From: Lachnospiraceae bacterium
GTDB taxonomy: Bacteria; Bacillota; Clostridia; Lachnospirales; Lachnospiraceae
DNA length: 64,000 nucleotides
NCBI GenBank assembly: GCA_017441265.1
Contig: JAFRYE010000043.1
Coordinates: 81-64,080, forward strand
Direction of reading: 5' to 3'
Made by a program: the position numbers and the translations under genes. The notes below the pieces were generated by a model. The model worked only from the letters and a program-made list of their open reading frames with translations. It was not told the origin of the DNA and ran no database searches. Shown here piece by piece: positions 33,949 through 41,483 of the stretch. How positions within the stretch are numbered: position 1 is the stretch's first letter; every line of letters starts with the position of its first letter.

Positions 33949-34656
33949 TTACTCCTCGCCGCCGGCCATAACCGACATCATAGCCATGAATACAGCCATG
34001 ATATCAGACTCGCTGCCTTCCTGATAGGAAGAAACATCAGCGCTGACCTTCATATCGCCGTACTCGATCGCCATATCCTGTCCATCAATCTTAGTTTCAA
34101 AAGCTGCAAGCTTCTTGGAGGACTTGTTGAACTTGAGCGTTGCAGGCATTGCTTCACCCTCGCCGCCCTTAACATCAACGGTAACAATGTCAAGATCCTT
34201 CTCAGTCTTAACATACTTGATGTTGGTGAGCTCGCTGTTCTCTGCGCCCTGGATCACAGACAGGAATTCCTGCGGATTCATATCAAAGTTATCCGATGCA
34301 CCGCTCATGCTGGAGCTCTCCGGAATTGCCAATGCATATTCCTTCTTCTGTCCGTCCTCGCCGGTCAGGGAAGCCTTAAGGTAGGTCTTTCCGCTGATCT
34401 TGTAGATCGTTGCGTCGAACTTATCGTTCTTCATGGCGATCTCAACATCGCCGTTCTCAGCAACCGTCTCAACCAGCTTAAGGCCGTTCGACTCCGTGGT
34501 CAACTTTGCACTCTTGCCTGCTGCCTCAATCTTGGAAGGATTCTTCAACAGCTCTTCGTAATCTTTCTGCTTGTCGCCGCATGCCACTGCCATTGCCATG
34601 AATGCTGCAGCGATGAGCACAAGACCCAAAATCTTCACTACTCTCTTCATAATCAT
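33949..34656 (-). CDS. Hypothetical lipoprotein
   Basis: Signal peptide plus lipobox (LIAAAFMAMAVAC-GDK). No family recognised. Confidence 0.65.
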   Translation of the reverse strand: MIMKRVVKILGLVLIAAAFMAMAVACGDKQKDYEELLKNPSKIEAAGKSAKLTTESNGLKLVETVAENGDVEIAMKNDKFDATIYKISGKTYLKASLTGEDGQKKEYALAIPESSSMSGASDNFDMNPQEFLSVIQGAENSELTNIKYVKTEKDLDIVTVDVKGGEGEAMPATLKFNKSSKKLAAFETKIDGQDMAIEYGDMKVSADVSSYQEGSESDIMAVFMAMMSVMAGGEE

Positions 34657-34732
34657 CGTTGCGCTTGCGCGCCTCCTTTCTATATTCGCGCAGCCGGAAA
34701 TGCACGGCTACACATGGGGACAGTATACATTT

Positions 34733-34761
34733 TCCGATGCGGAAAATCAAGACAAAAAGCC
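34733..34761 (-). promoter_or_regulatory. Promoter of the lipoprotein gene (TTGATT-17-TATACT) with palindrome ATTTTCCGcatCGGAAAAT in the spacer
   Basis: The minus strand reads TTGATTttccgcatcggaaaatgTATACT. Confidence 0.55.
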
Positions 34762-34846
34762 CCTCCGACGCAGAAATCGGCATATTGTATGTCGTTTCTG
34801 CCCGAAGGGACCGTCTTTTCATCATATCGACCAAACCGATCGGCGA

Positions 34847-35629
34847 TCAGCCGAGCGCTACGTCAAGGATCATCATCAGCGTAAAACCGAGCGAAAACAT
34901 CAGAACGCCGAGATTGGAGTGATCGCCCGCAGCCATCTCCGGGATCAGATCTTCCACAACAACATAGATCATGGCGCCCGCCGCAAAACTCAGCAAATAC
35001 GGAAGCATCGGCACAAGCAGACCGGCTGCGACGATCGTCAGAAAACCGAACACCGGCTCCACCACGCCGGAGAGCGTACCGCTCAAAAACGCACCGCGGC
35101 GGCTTTTGCCGTTCGCACAAAGAGGCATGGAAATGATCGCGCCCTCCGGAAAATTCTGGATCGCGATACCGATGGACAACGCCAGAGCGGCACCGACCGT
35201 GATCTCGGTATTCTCCGCAAGGAAACCCGCGTACACGACTCCGACGGCCATACCCTCGGGAATGTTGTGAAGCGTCACCGCCAGAACCATCATCGTCGCG
35301 CGTCCCAGGCGGCTCTTTACGCCCTCAGGCTTATCGTTGTCAATATGCAGATGCGGGATGACCGAGTCAAGCAAAAGCACCAGCCCGATTCCCAGCCAAA
35401 ATCCCAGTGCCGAAGGGAAGAAGGCCCAATGCCCCAGATCTTTCGACTGTTCCATCGCCGGCAGCAGCAGACTCCAAAACGACGCAGCCACCATGACTCC
35501 CGCGGCAAATCCGGTCAGCGCCCGCTGAACCGTCGCATTCAACTCCTTGCGCATCAGAAACACGCACGCAGCCCCGGCCGCCGTTCCGCCCAACGGGATC
35601 AATAATCCGACAATCACGCCAATGCCCAT
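34847..35629 (-). CDS. ZIP-family divalent metal transporter (ZupT-like)
   Basis: HNIPEGMAVG and QNFPEGAI motifs, 8 TM pattern. GGAGGTG RBS. Confidence 0.85.
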   Translation of the reverse strand: MGIGVIVGLLIPLGGTAAGAACVFLMRKELNATVQRALTGFAAGVMVAASFWSLLLPAMEQSKDLGHWAFFPSALGFWLGIGLVLLLDSVIPHLHIDNDKPEGVKSRLGRATMMVLAVTLHNIPEGMAVGVVYAGFLAENTEITVGAALALSIGIAIQNFPEGAIISMPLCANGKSRRGAFLSGTLSGVVEPVFGFLTIVAAGLLVPMLPYLLSFAAGAMIYVVVEDLIPEMAAGDHSNLGVLMFSLGFTLMMILDVALG

Positions 35630-35697
35630 ATCCGAACACCTCCGAAATCGTAATTCCCGGTGTTCCGGGTCACGAGTAATCTTCTATGCGAGGACGG

Positions 35698-35726
35698 ATT
35701 ATACACTGATTCTTCGGAAAATGCAA
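35698..35726 (-). promoter_or_regulatory. Promoter of the ZIP transporter gene (TTGCAT-17-TATAAT)
   Basis: The minus strand reads TTGCATtttccgaagaatcagtgTATAAT. Confidence 0.6.
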
Positions 35727-35742
35727 TAGCGAACGCTGTTTT

Positions 35743-36795
35743 CTATTTTCGGAATTCGTAATCCACCAGCGTCATCGTTTCGTTGATGACGTGCTCCTCC
35801 CCGGTGCGGACGAAACCGCATTTTTCGTAGAGGTGGCAATTCCCCTTCTCCTGAGCGATCGTGTCGAGGCGCCACACATCCGCCTCCGGATGCAGCGAAA
35901 ACGCGTGCTGCATCGCGGCGTACCCAAGCCCCCGGTTTTGGTACCGCGGCAGGATGAACAGCGGGCTCACGGTAAAGATCTTCTCCGCATCCGTCGAACG
36001 GTCCGCAATGTTGATCGCACCGACGCGCGCGCCGTTCCAGACGACGAAATAGTATTGGCGTCCGGGCTGCGCGGCCCGCGCTTGTATGCGCTCCAGAGAC
36101 TCGATCGCCGGCGACCCCTCGTCGTGGTATTTTTCGTACAGCGGAAGGAAACTCTCGACTTGCATGCGGTGTAAAAGCGGAAGCTCGTCCTCGCGAGCCG
36201 GCTCGATCTTCGTCTGTTTCATCAACAGCGCGCTCTTCGGCCCCGGCAGCGAAAAATGCTTCTTGATCATCCGCGCAACCTCATCCGGCTCCAGGTTCGT
36301 GTTGTCGATCTTGATGTAGTTCGGGAACGGGATCTCGCCCTCATTGCTGACGAGGCGGTACTTTGTCTCCTCCCGGATCATGCGGTCGTCGGAGACCGCG
36401 ATATTGCGTTTGGACGCCTTGTTCAGCAGGCGGTTCTCGGTCCTGTTCCGCTGCAGGCGAACCTCCCTGTCGGCCACCAGCTCAACGTAGTACACGGTTC
36501 CTCCGGTGTCCGTAAACCGCTTTGCGACATCGGCAATGTAATCCCAGTCGGACTGCAGATCGAACGCCCACATGTATGTGAAGATCATCCCCTGGTAGTC
36601 CGTCCGCATAAACTCCTCGAAGACAACCTCGCGCAGCCGGGATACCGCCGCCCCGTCGTAATTGCCGAAGATCTCGATGACAGGCTCGATCATCATGTGA
36701 TTGTGAAACAGCCTAAAATCCGTGATTTCCCGAAGCTCCTGGCCCACCGTCATCTTTCCGACGGCGCCGCTTCCGATGATAACGATCAAATCCAT
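35743..36795 (-). CDS. Fusion protein: N-terminal P-loop kinase-like (AAA_33/shikimate-kinase-like) domain plus C-terminal GNAT N-acetyltransferase
   Basis: Walker A IIGSGAVGKMTVG at the N-terminus. GNAT acetyl-CoA motif LPRYQNRGLGYAAM near the C-terminus. GAGGAT RBS. Confidence 0.7.
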   Translation of the reverse strand: MDLIVIIGSGAVGKMTVGQELREITDFRLFHNHMMIEPVIEIFGNYDGAAVSRLREVVFEEFMRTDYQGMIFTYMWAFDLQSDWDYIADVAKRFTDTGGTVYYVELVADREVRLQRNRTENRLLNKASKRNIAVSDDRMIREETKYRLVSNEGEIPFPNYIKIDNTNLEPDEVARMIKKHFSLPGPKSALLMKQTKIEPAREDELPLLHRMQVESFLPLYEKYHDEGSPAIESLERIQARAAQPGRQYYFVVWNGARVGAINIADRSTDAEKIFTVSPLFILPRYQNRGLGYAAMQHAFSLHPEADVWRLDTIAQEKGNCHLYEKCGFVRTGEEHVINETMTLVDYEFRK

Positions 36796-36805
36796 AGTTA
36801 TATCC

Positions 36806-37915
36806 TCATTCTTTCCCGAATATGATCAGGGGAATCAGCATCTCGTCCTCCGTCAGGCTTCCGTGGTTGGAGAGCCAGCGTTTCTCCCCTGTATAGAAAA
36901 CAGTCAGATTGCCGGTCGCGATCGCGAGATAGTCTCCGAGCATCCGGCGGAACATGGCGTGGGGCAGTCCCGTTCCCATGAGTTTCCGCTCGATCACTTC
37001 CTCCGTCGGCATCAGCAAAAACCGGTCGCCGAAGAGGCGATCCCACTCGCGCTCGAAGAATTCCTTCTTCTCTTCTTTGACGAAAAGATTCAGAACCCGC
37101 GGTTCCAGCGACGGCCGCCGGATAAGGCAGTCCGTCAGTTCCGGATAGTCGTACAGTTCGGCTGCTTCCGTATCGATATGCCCGTGGTCCGCCGTCACGA
37201 TGACAAGCGAATCCTCGAGGCTTTCGGCCAGCGCGGAGACGGTCGCTTCCAAAGTGAGCATCGCCTCGTGAACCTCCTCCGAGCCGCAGCCCGTCTTGTG
37301 GAGCAGCCCGTCAGGCTGATTCCAGTACACGTAGATAAACTTCTGTCCCGGCTCGCCGCACAACCCGCGTACCCGCTCGCACATCTCGCCGATATCGTCC
37401 GTCTTCGGCTCCCAGAACGGCGCGAACATATACGCCTGTTTTCCGACCTTGTGAATCCGGTCAAACACGGTTTCATACGGCGTCACCGTGCGGGGAACGT
37501 CATAGTCCGCCGCCGGTGTTTCCGTCCCCTGCTCGTAATTGAAGAAGACGGTGATGTTCTTGTCCACCTGCGGATAATAACAGTCCCAGCCGAGCCAGCT
37601 GTGCTCGCAGGGCTGCAGTCCCGACATGATCGACGTTGTTGCCGCCACGGTCGTCGAGAGGAAGACCGACCGGTAGATTCCTTTTTGGTTCGACCGAAAC
37701 GGCCCGTTTTCCGCCAAATGCCGCTCCACGATCGCTTTCCCCATGCCGTCTAAAAGAAACACAACCACGTTTTTGTATTCCTTATCCAGATATCGGTCCA
37801 GAAGCGGCAGCGTCTTGCCCGCCGTCTCCGCGCCGAAATAGCGCAGGATGGAGTTCGGCAGGTTCGCATTGCAGTTTTCATAGTCCGGCCAGATCAGTTT
37901 TTTCGCATTTTCCAT
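36806..37915 (-). CDS. Alkaline phosphatase superfamily protein (type I phosphodiesterase/nucleotide pyrophosphatase-like)
   Basis: Metal/nucleophile motifs VVFLLDGMG, TTVAATTSIMSG and VTADHGH. ATG 37915 (MENAKK) lies 6 nt after AAAGGAGAG; the alternative ATG is 37933. Confidence 0.75.
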   Translation of the reverse strand: MENAKKLIWPDYENCNANLPNSILRYFGAETAGKTLPLLDRYLDKEYKNVVVFLLDGMGKAIVERHLAENGPFRSNQKGIYRSVFLSTTVAATTSIMSGLQPCEHSWLGWDCYYPQVDKNITVFFNYEQGTETPAADYDVPRTVTPYETVFDRIHKVGKQAYMFAPFWEPKTDDIGEMCERVRGLCGEPGQKFIYVYWNQPDGLLHKTGCGSEEVHEAMLTLEATVSALAESLEDSLVIVTADHGHIDTEAAELYDYPELTDCLIRRPSLEPRVLNLFVKEEKKEFFEREWDRLFGDRFLLMPTEEVIERKLMGTGLPHAMFRRMLGDYLAIATGNLTVFYTGEKRWLSNHGSLTEDEMLIPLIIFGKE

Positions 37916-37940
37916 GGTGTGCTCTCCTTTCATCCCGGAA

Positions 37941-37977
37941 ATAAAAAAGACTGCTCATCCGGAAAAGATAAGCAGTC
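37941..37977 (-). terminator. Intrinsic terminator/attenuator hairpin immediately upstream of the phosphodiesterase gene RBS
   Basis: Minus strand reads gactgcttatc-ttttccg-gatgagcagtc (11-bp stem with one G-U pair) followed by TTTTTT, then the RBS and ATG within ~25 nt. Confidence 0.65.
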
Positions 37978-38014
37978 AGTATTTACGGGTACACCCTCTG
38001 AGGACCTATTCTTT

Positions 38015-38113
38015 TCATGGATGGAAAACTTTGTGCACGCCGAAATAATCGTGAACGTTTTCGCGCACGATTCGGTCGATGTTATACAATGTTTCCATAC
38101 CGTTGAAATGCAT
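38015..38113 (-). CDS. Candidate 32-aa small ORF / leader peptide (MHFNGMETLYNIDRIVRENVHDYFGVHKVFHP)
   Basis: ATG lies 8 nt after GGGGAG. It sits between a predicted promoter (38144-38172) and the terminator (37941-37977). No homology is recognisable by eye. Confidence 0.25.
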   Translation of the reverse strand: MHFNGMETLYNIDRIVRENVHDYFGVHKVFHP

Positions 38114-38143
38114 GAACAGAACTCCCCTTCGATTTTTTCGTTC

Positions 38144-38172
38144 AGTCTACTCCCAAACCTGCCATCTGTCAA
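38144..38172 (-). promoter_or_regulatory. Candidate promoter (TTGACA-17-TAGACT) for the leader / small ORF
   Basis: The minus strand reads TTGACAgatggcaggtttgggagTAGACT. Confidence 0.45.
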
Positions 38173-38209
38173 CCGCTTTTTTTCGGAAAATGAGCATTTT
38201 CCGAAGCCG

Positions 38210-38860
38210 TCAGCCCTTGAGTTCCCGCGCCACCGCAAACACGTCGCGGTGCTTCATTTTTCTCGGCTCGAACCGGATCATCGAATAGACAAACTGCATC
38301 ACCAGCCCGGCTCCGAACGTGCTGATCAGTGTGCCGATCCCTACGGGGCCTCCGAGCAGAAACCCGATCAGCAGGACCACCGCCCACAGCAGGATCTCCA
38401 CGACTCCGATGGGCACCCTCGGCATGCGCTTCCCGAGTCCCACAAGCAGTGCGTCCCTCGGTCCGCAGCACTGCTGCGCCGACATGTAGATCCACATTCC
38501 GAGCGCCATGAACACGAATCCGATCAGCATGAAACCGATCCCGTACCACACGACCGTGTTCAGAGGAAAGGGGTTCAGACTGTTGAACATCTGCACGAAA
38601 TTGCCCGTCAACAGAGCATCGATGATCGTTCCGAAGCCGATCCGTTCCTTCAGCGCGATATCGATGAACAAAACCGTGACGGCGATCAGCGTCATCGACA
38701 CCCCGTAATTGAGCGGCGTATGTTTCGCGATGCCCATTCCAAGGCAATCCCACGGCGCCAGACCGATGTCCGCAAAGATTGTCAAATGCACTCCGAAGGC
38801 GAACACCAGCAATCCCACCACGATCTTCAGCCACTCTCCGACGATTTTCTTCCTGCTCAT
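38210..38860 (-). CDS. YczE/YyaS/YitT-family membrane protein
   Basis: GLLVFAFGVHLTIFADIGLAPWDCLGMGI N-terminal signature. About 6 TM segments. Confidence 0.7.
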   Translation of the reverse strand: MSRKKIVGEWLKIVVGLLVFAFGVHLTIFADIGLAPWDCLGMGIAKHTPLNYGVSMTLIAVTVLFIDIALKERIGFGTIIDALLTGNFVQMFNSLNPFPLNTVVWYGIGFMLIGFVFMALGMWIYMSAQQCCGPRDALLVGLGKRMPRVPIGVVEILLWAVVLLIGFLLGGPVGIGTLISTFGAGLVMQFVYSMIRFEPRKMKHRDVFAVARELKG

Positions 38861-38907
38861 GAACCCAATCTACCGCTTCCTTCCCCGATCCAAGCGAATC
38901 GGTTTAT

Positions 38908-39360
38908 TTATACTTCTCCGAGCATGATCTCCGCGTCATCCGCCGCTTTCACCTTGTCATTGGCGCGGATGATGATCCCGTTCTCGTCAATCAGGTACGT
39001 CGTGCGCACTACGCCCATGGAGACTTTGCCGTAGTTTTTCTTTTCCTTCCAGACATCGTACGCCTCAAGCACTTTGCGCTCCGTGTCCGAGAGCAGCGTG
39101 AACGCGAGGCCGTACTTCTCCTCAAATCGCTTGTGCGACTCCACGCTGTCCTTGCTGACGCCGAGCACTTCGACGCCCTTCTCCGTAAAATGAGGATATC
39201 TCTCGGAGAAGCCGCATGCCTGCTTCGTACAGCCCGAAGTATTGTCCTTGGGGTAGAAATACAGGATGACCTTCTTTCCCCGGTAATCCGCAAGCGAGTG
39301 CATTGTCCCGTTCTGATCCGGCAGTGTAAACGCCGGTGCTTTCGTTCCGACTTCCAGCAT
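38908..39360 (-). CDS. bcp: Thioredoxin-dependent peroxiredoxin Bcp (AhpC/TSA family)
   Basis: GTKAPAFTLPDQNG...VILYFYPKDNTSGCTKQACGF, with the peroxidatic Cys in the TxxC context. Start taken at MLEVGTKAP; the alternative ATG is 39405. Confidence 0.85.
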   Translation of the reverse strand: MLEVGTKAPAFTLPDQNGTMHSLADYRGKKVILYFYPKDNTSGCTKQACGFSERYPHFTEKGVEVLGVSKDSVESHKRFEEKYGLAFTLLSDTERKVLEAYDVWKEKKNYGKVSMGVVRTTYLIDENGIIIRANDKVKAADDAEIMLGEV

Positions 39361-39420
39361 TGGTTTCTTATCCTTTCCGATGATCCCTTCGGGAATATCG
39401 CGCATCGCAGGGCAACGCGC

Positions 39421-40116
39421 TTATACGATGGAATCTCTCGACCAGTCGGTGATGTCCGAACCGAGTTTCTGATAGATCTCCGCAACGGAATCACGGCTCT
39501 TCAATGTCAGCAGTTCGGCGTCCGTCATACCGACCAACTCGCGGAATTCGACCCGGCCGTTGAAGGTTTCGATCGTCTCCACGGTGGGATCCTTGATCAC
39601 GATGAATCCGGTCAGCTTCGATTTCTGATTGACATCCATGCCCTTGGTCTGCCCGGTGCGGATGAATTCGTTGGGGAAGAAGACCTCATTGTTCGTAAAC
39701 GTAACTCGCGCGATGCTCTGCAAAATCACGCAGATATTGCGGATCTCGGCTTCCTCATCCTCAAGCCCCGCCTTCTTCAGCTTCAGCGTCATCTCATAGC
39801 CGTAGCCGCTGAGTTCGGTGTTGCGGCTCTGCTTCTCGTAGAGCTCCGTCAGCCCGTACGTGACAAAATGATAGTAATCCCCGCCGTCATAGATGCTGAT
39901 CCCGTCCAGCGGATCGTTGCCGCCGAGGGACCATTTGACGATCGTTCCGTAATGCTTCGGATCGGTCTGCCCCGGATACACACGGGTAAACTCCTCCGTG
40001 ATCGCGTCCCAACCGACCGCCGAAGTGTCGTCCGTATTCTCTTCCGCATGCGGGATCTCCACGGTTACTTCTTCCGCCTTCTTCTTTTTCTTTTTGAAAA
40101 TGTCAAACAATCCCAT
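39421..40116 (-). CDS. Suppressor-of-fused (SUFU-like) domain protein
   Basis: GWDAITEEFTRVYPGQ..PKHYGT...GG.DPLDGISIYD...YHFVTYGLSELY pattern recalls bacterial SUFU-like proteins. ATG 40116 follows AAAGGAGAG. Confidence 0.65.
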   Translation of the reverse strand: MGLFDIFKKKKKKAEEVTVEIPHAEENTDDTSAVGWDAITEEFTRVYPGQTDPKHYGTIVKWSLGGNDPLDGISIYDGGDYYHFVTYGLTELYEKQSRNTELSGYGYEMTLKLKKAGLEDEEAEIRNICVILQSIARVTFTNNEVFFPNEFIRTGQTKGMDVNQKSKLTGFIVIKDPTVETIETFNGRVEFRELVGMTDAELLTLKSRDSVAEIYQKLGSDITDWSRDSIV

Positions 40117-40227
40117 ACCGTCTCTCCTTTTCATCATTTCTGACCGCTCTTCTATACAAAACCGAATCATACGACCTCATCGGTTCTGATCTTTAGTAAT
40201 GTCCGCCGGACGCGAACATTGCGATGC

Positions 40228-41316
40228 TCAGTCCGCCAGCCAATAATTGTTCTGCGGATCGGCCTTCGCCTTGTACAAGGCCATATCGGCCTTTTTGAAC
40301 AGTTCGTGATAGTTCTGCTCGCCGCCCCCGTACACGGCGACTCCGATGCTCACCCCAAGCTTCTGTCCCGTGGTCGGCAGGATGACATTGTCCGAGGCGC
40401 CCGCGACAATGTCCGCCGCGATCCGGCACGCCTCGTCCGGATCTCCGTTATTTTTGATGAAGACGATAAACTCGTCGCCTCCGAAGCGTCCGACAATTTC
40501 ATCTCCGACGAACTTGCGCCCCAGAAAACGCCCCAGCTGCCCGATGACATCGTCTCCGATATCGTGGCCGTACGTGTCGTTGATCGATTTGAATTTGTCG
40601 ACGTCCATCATGAACATGATCCCGCCGTCCGTCGTTTCGTCCTCGAGGAAGCGCGTGATCTCTCTTGTCAGCGCGCCTTTATTGTTCAGTCCCGTCAGCT
40701 CGTCGGTGTCCTTCTGGATGTTAATCTTCCGCGTCAGGGTGAACTCGCGGATACGCACCGAGTTTGCAATGATATTGAGGAAAATGCCGACGATCGTGAA
40801 AATGATGACATTGATCGCATCCATCTCCCACACATCATGCGGTTTGACGCTGTGCATCCAGACTAAGAACACGGTCGATGCGGCGCACAGCTCGATCGCC
40901 ATGAAAAACGGCCGGTCGATCATGAACATCGGGGCGATCAGCAGAAACACGATGAATGTCGTGGCCGGGATCTCCGGCTTGTTCTGGGTGATCAGGCAGG
41001 CAAACAAAAACAGCAGCGAGATCGACAGATAAATGATCAACTGCGCAACGATCGAGTCGTTTCGCAGAATATAAAACAGGCTGATGACGATGACCGAATA
41101 CACAAACGACACCAGATAAAACACACGGTTGGACGCGAGAAGGTCATTGAACAGCGACGTCACGAAAAGGAATCCGAATACCGCCGCCATCAGGAAATGC
41201 AAAATACGCCACACCACGCAGTTCGAGATGTAGGCATTTTTCTTGATCGCGTTGTATTCTTCCTTGCCGATTCCGCAGTAGAAGAAATAATTCCACATGA
41301 GGCTCAAGATCTTCAT
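40228..41316 (-). CDS. Membrane-bound diguanylate cyclase (GGDEF domain)
   Basis: GGDEF active site (RFGGDEFIVF), about 5-6 N-terminal TM helices, DTDELTGLNNKGA linker. Confidence 0.85.
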   Translation of the reverse strand: MKILSLMWNYFFYCGIGKEEYNAIKKNAYISNCVVWRILHFLMAAVFGFLFVTSLFNDLLASNRVFYLVSFVYSVIVISLFYILRNDSIVAQLIIYLSISLLFLFACLITQNKPEIPATTFIVFLLIAPMFMIDRPFFMAIELCAASTVFLVWMHSVKPHDVWEMDAINVIIFTIVGIFLNIIANSVRIREFTLTRKINIQKDTDELTGLNNKGALTREITRFLEDETTDGGIMFMMDVDKFKSINDTYGHDIGDDVIGQLGRFLGRKFVGDEIVGRFGGDEFIVFIKNNGDPDEACRIAADIVAGASDNVILPTTGQKLGVSIGVAVYGGGEQNYHELFKKADMALYKAKADPQNNYWLAD

Positions 41317-41441
41317 CGATGTTCCCTAAACCTATTCCTTGTTGTTTTCATAAAAGCCGATTTTTCACGCTTACCGTTCTTCCATGGTGTATATTCTACC
41401 ATAGTTTCCGGAAAATCGCTCTTTATTTTTCGCCGCAGGGC

Positions 41442-41476
41442 AAAAAACGCCGCCGGCTTTGTAAAAACCGACGGCG
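41442..41476 (-). terminator. Intrinsic terminator downstream of the HExxH/ricin lipoprotein gene
   Basis: Minus strand reads cgccgtcgg-loop-ccggcggcg followed by TTTTTT. Confidence 0.65.
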
Positions 41477-41483
41477 AAACCTG

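Noticed and set aside
38182-38205. The perfect inverted repeat TTCGGAAAATGagCATTTTCCGAA as the yczE terminator
   Set aside because: The hairpin is followed by an A-run on the minus strand, and the T-run precedes it on the plus strand, so it is not a canonical intrinsic terminator for either strand. It is treated instead as one instance of the recurrent palindromic motif.
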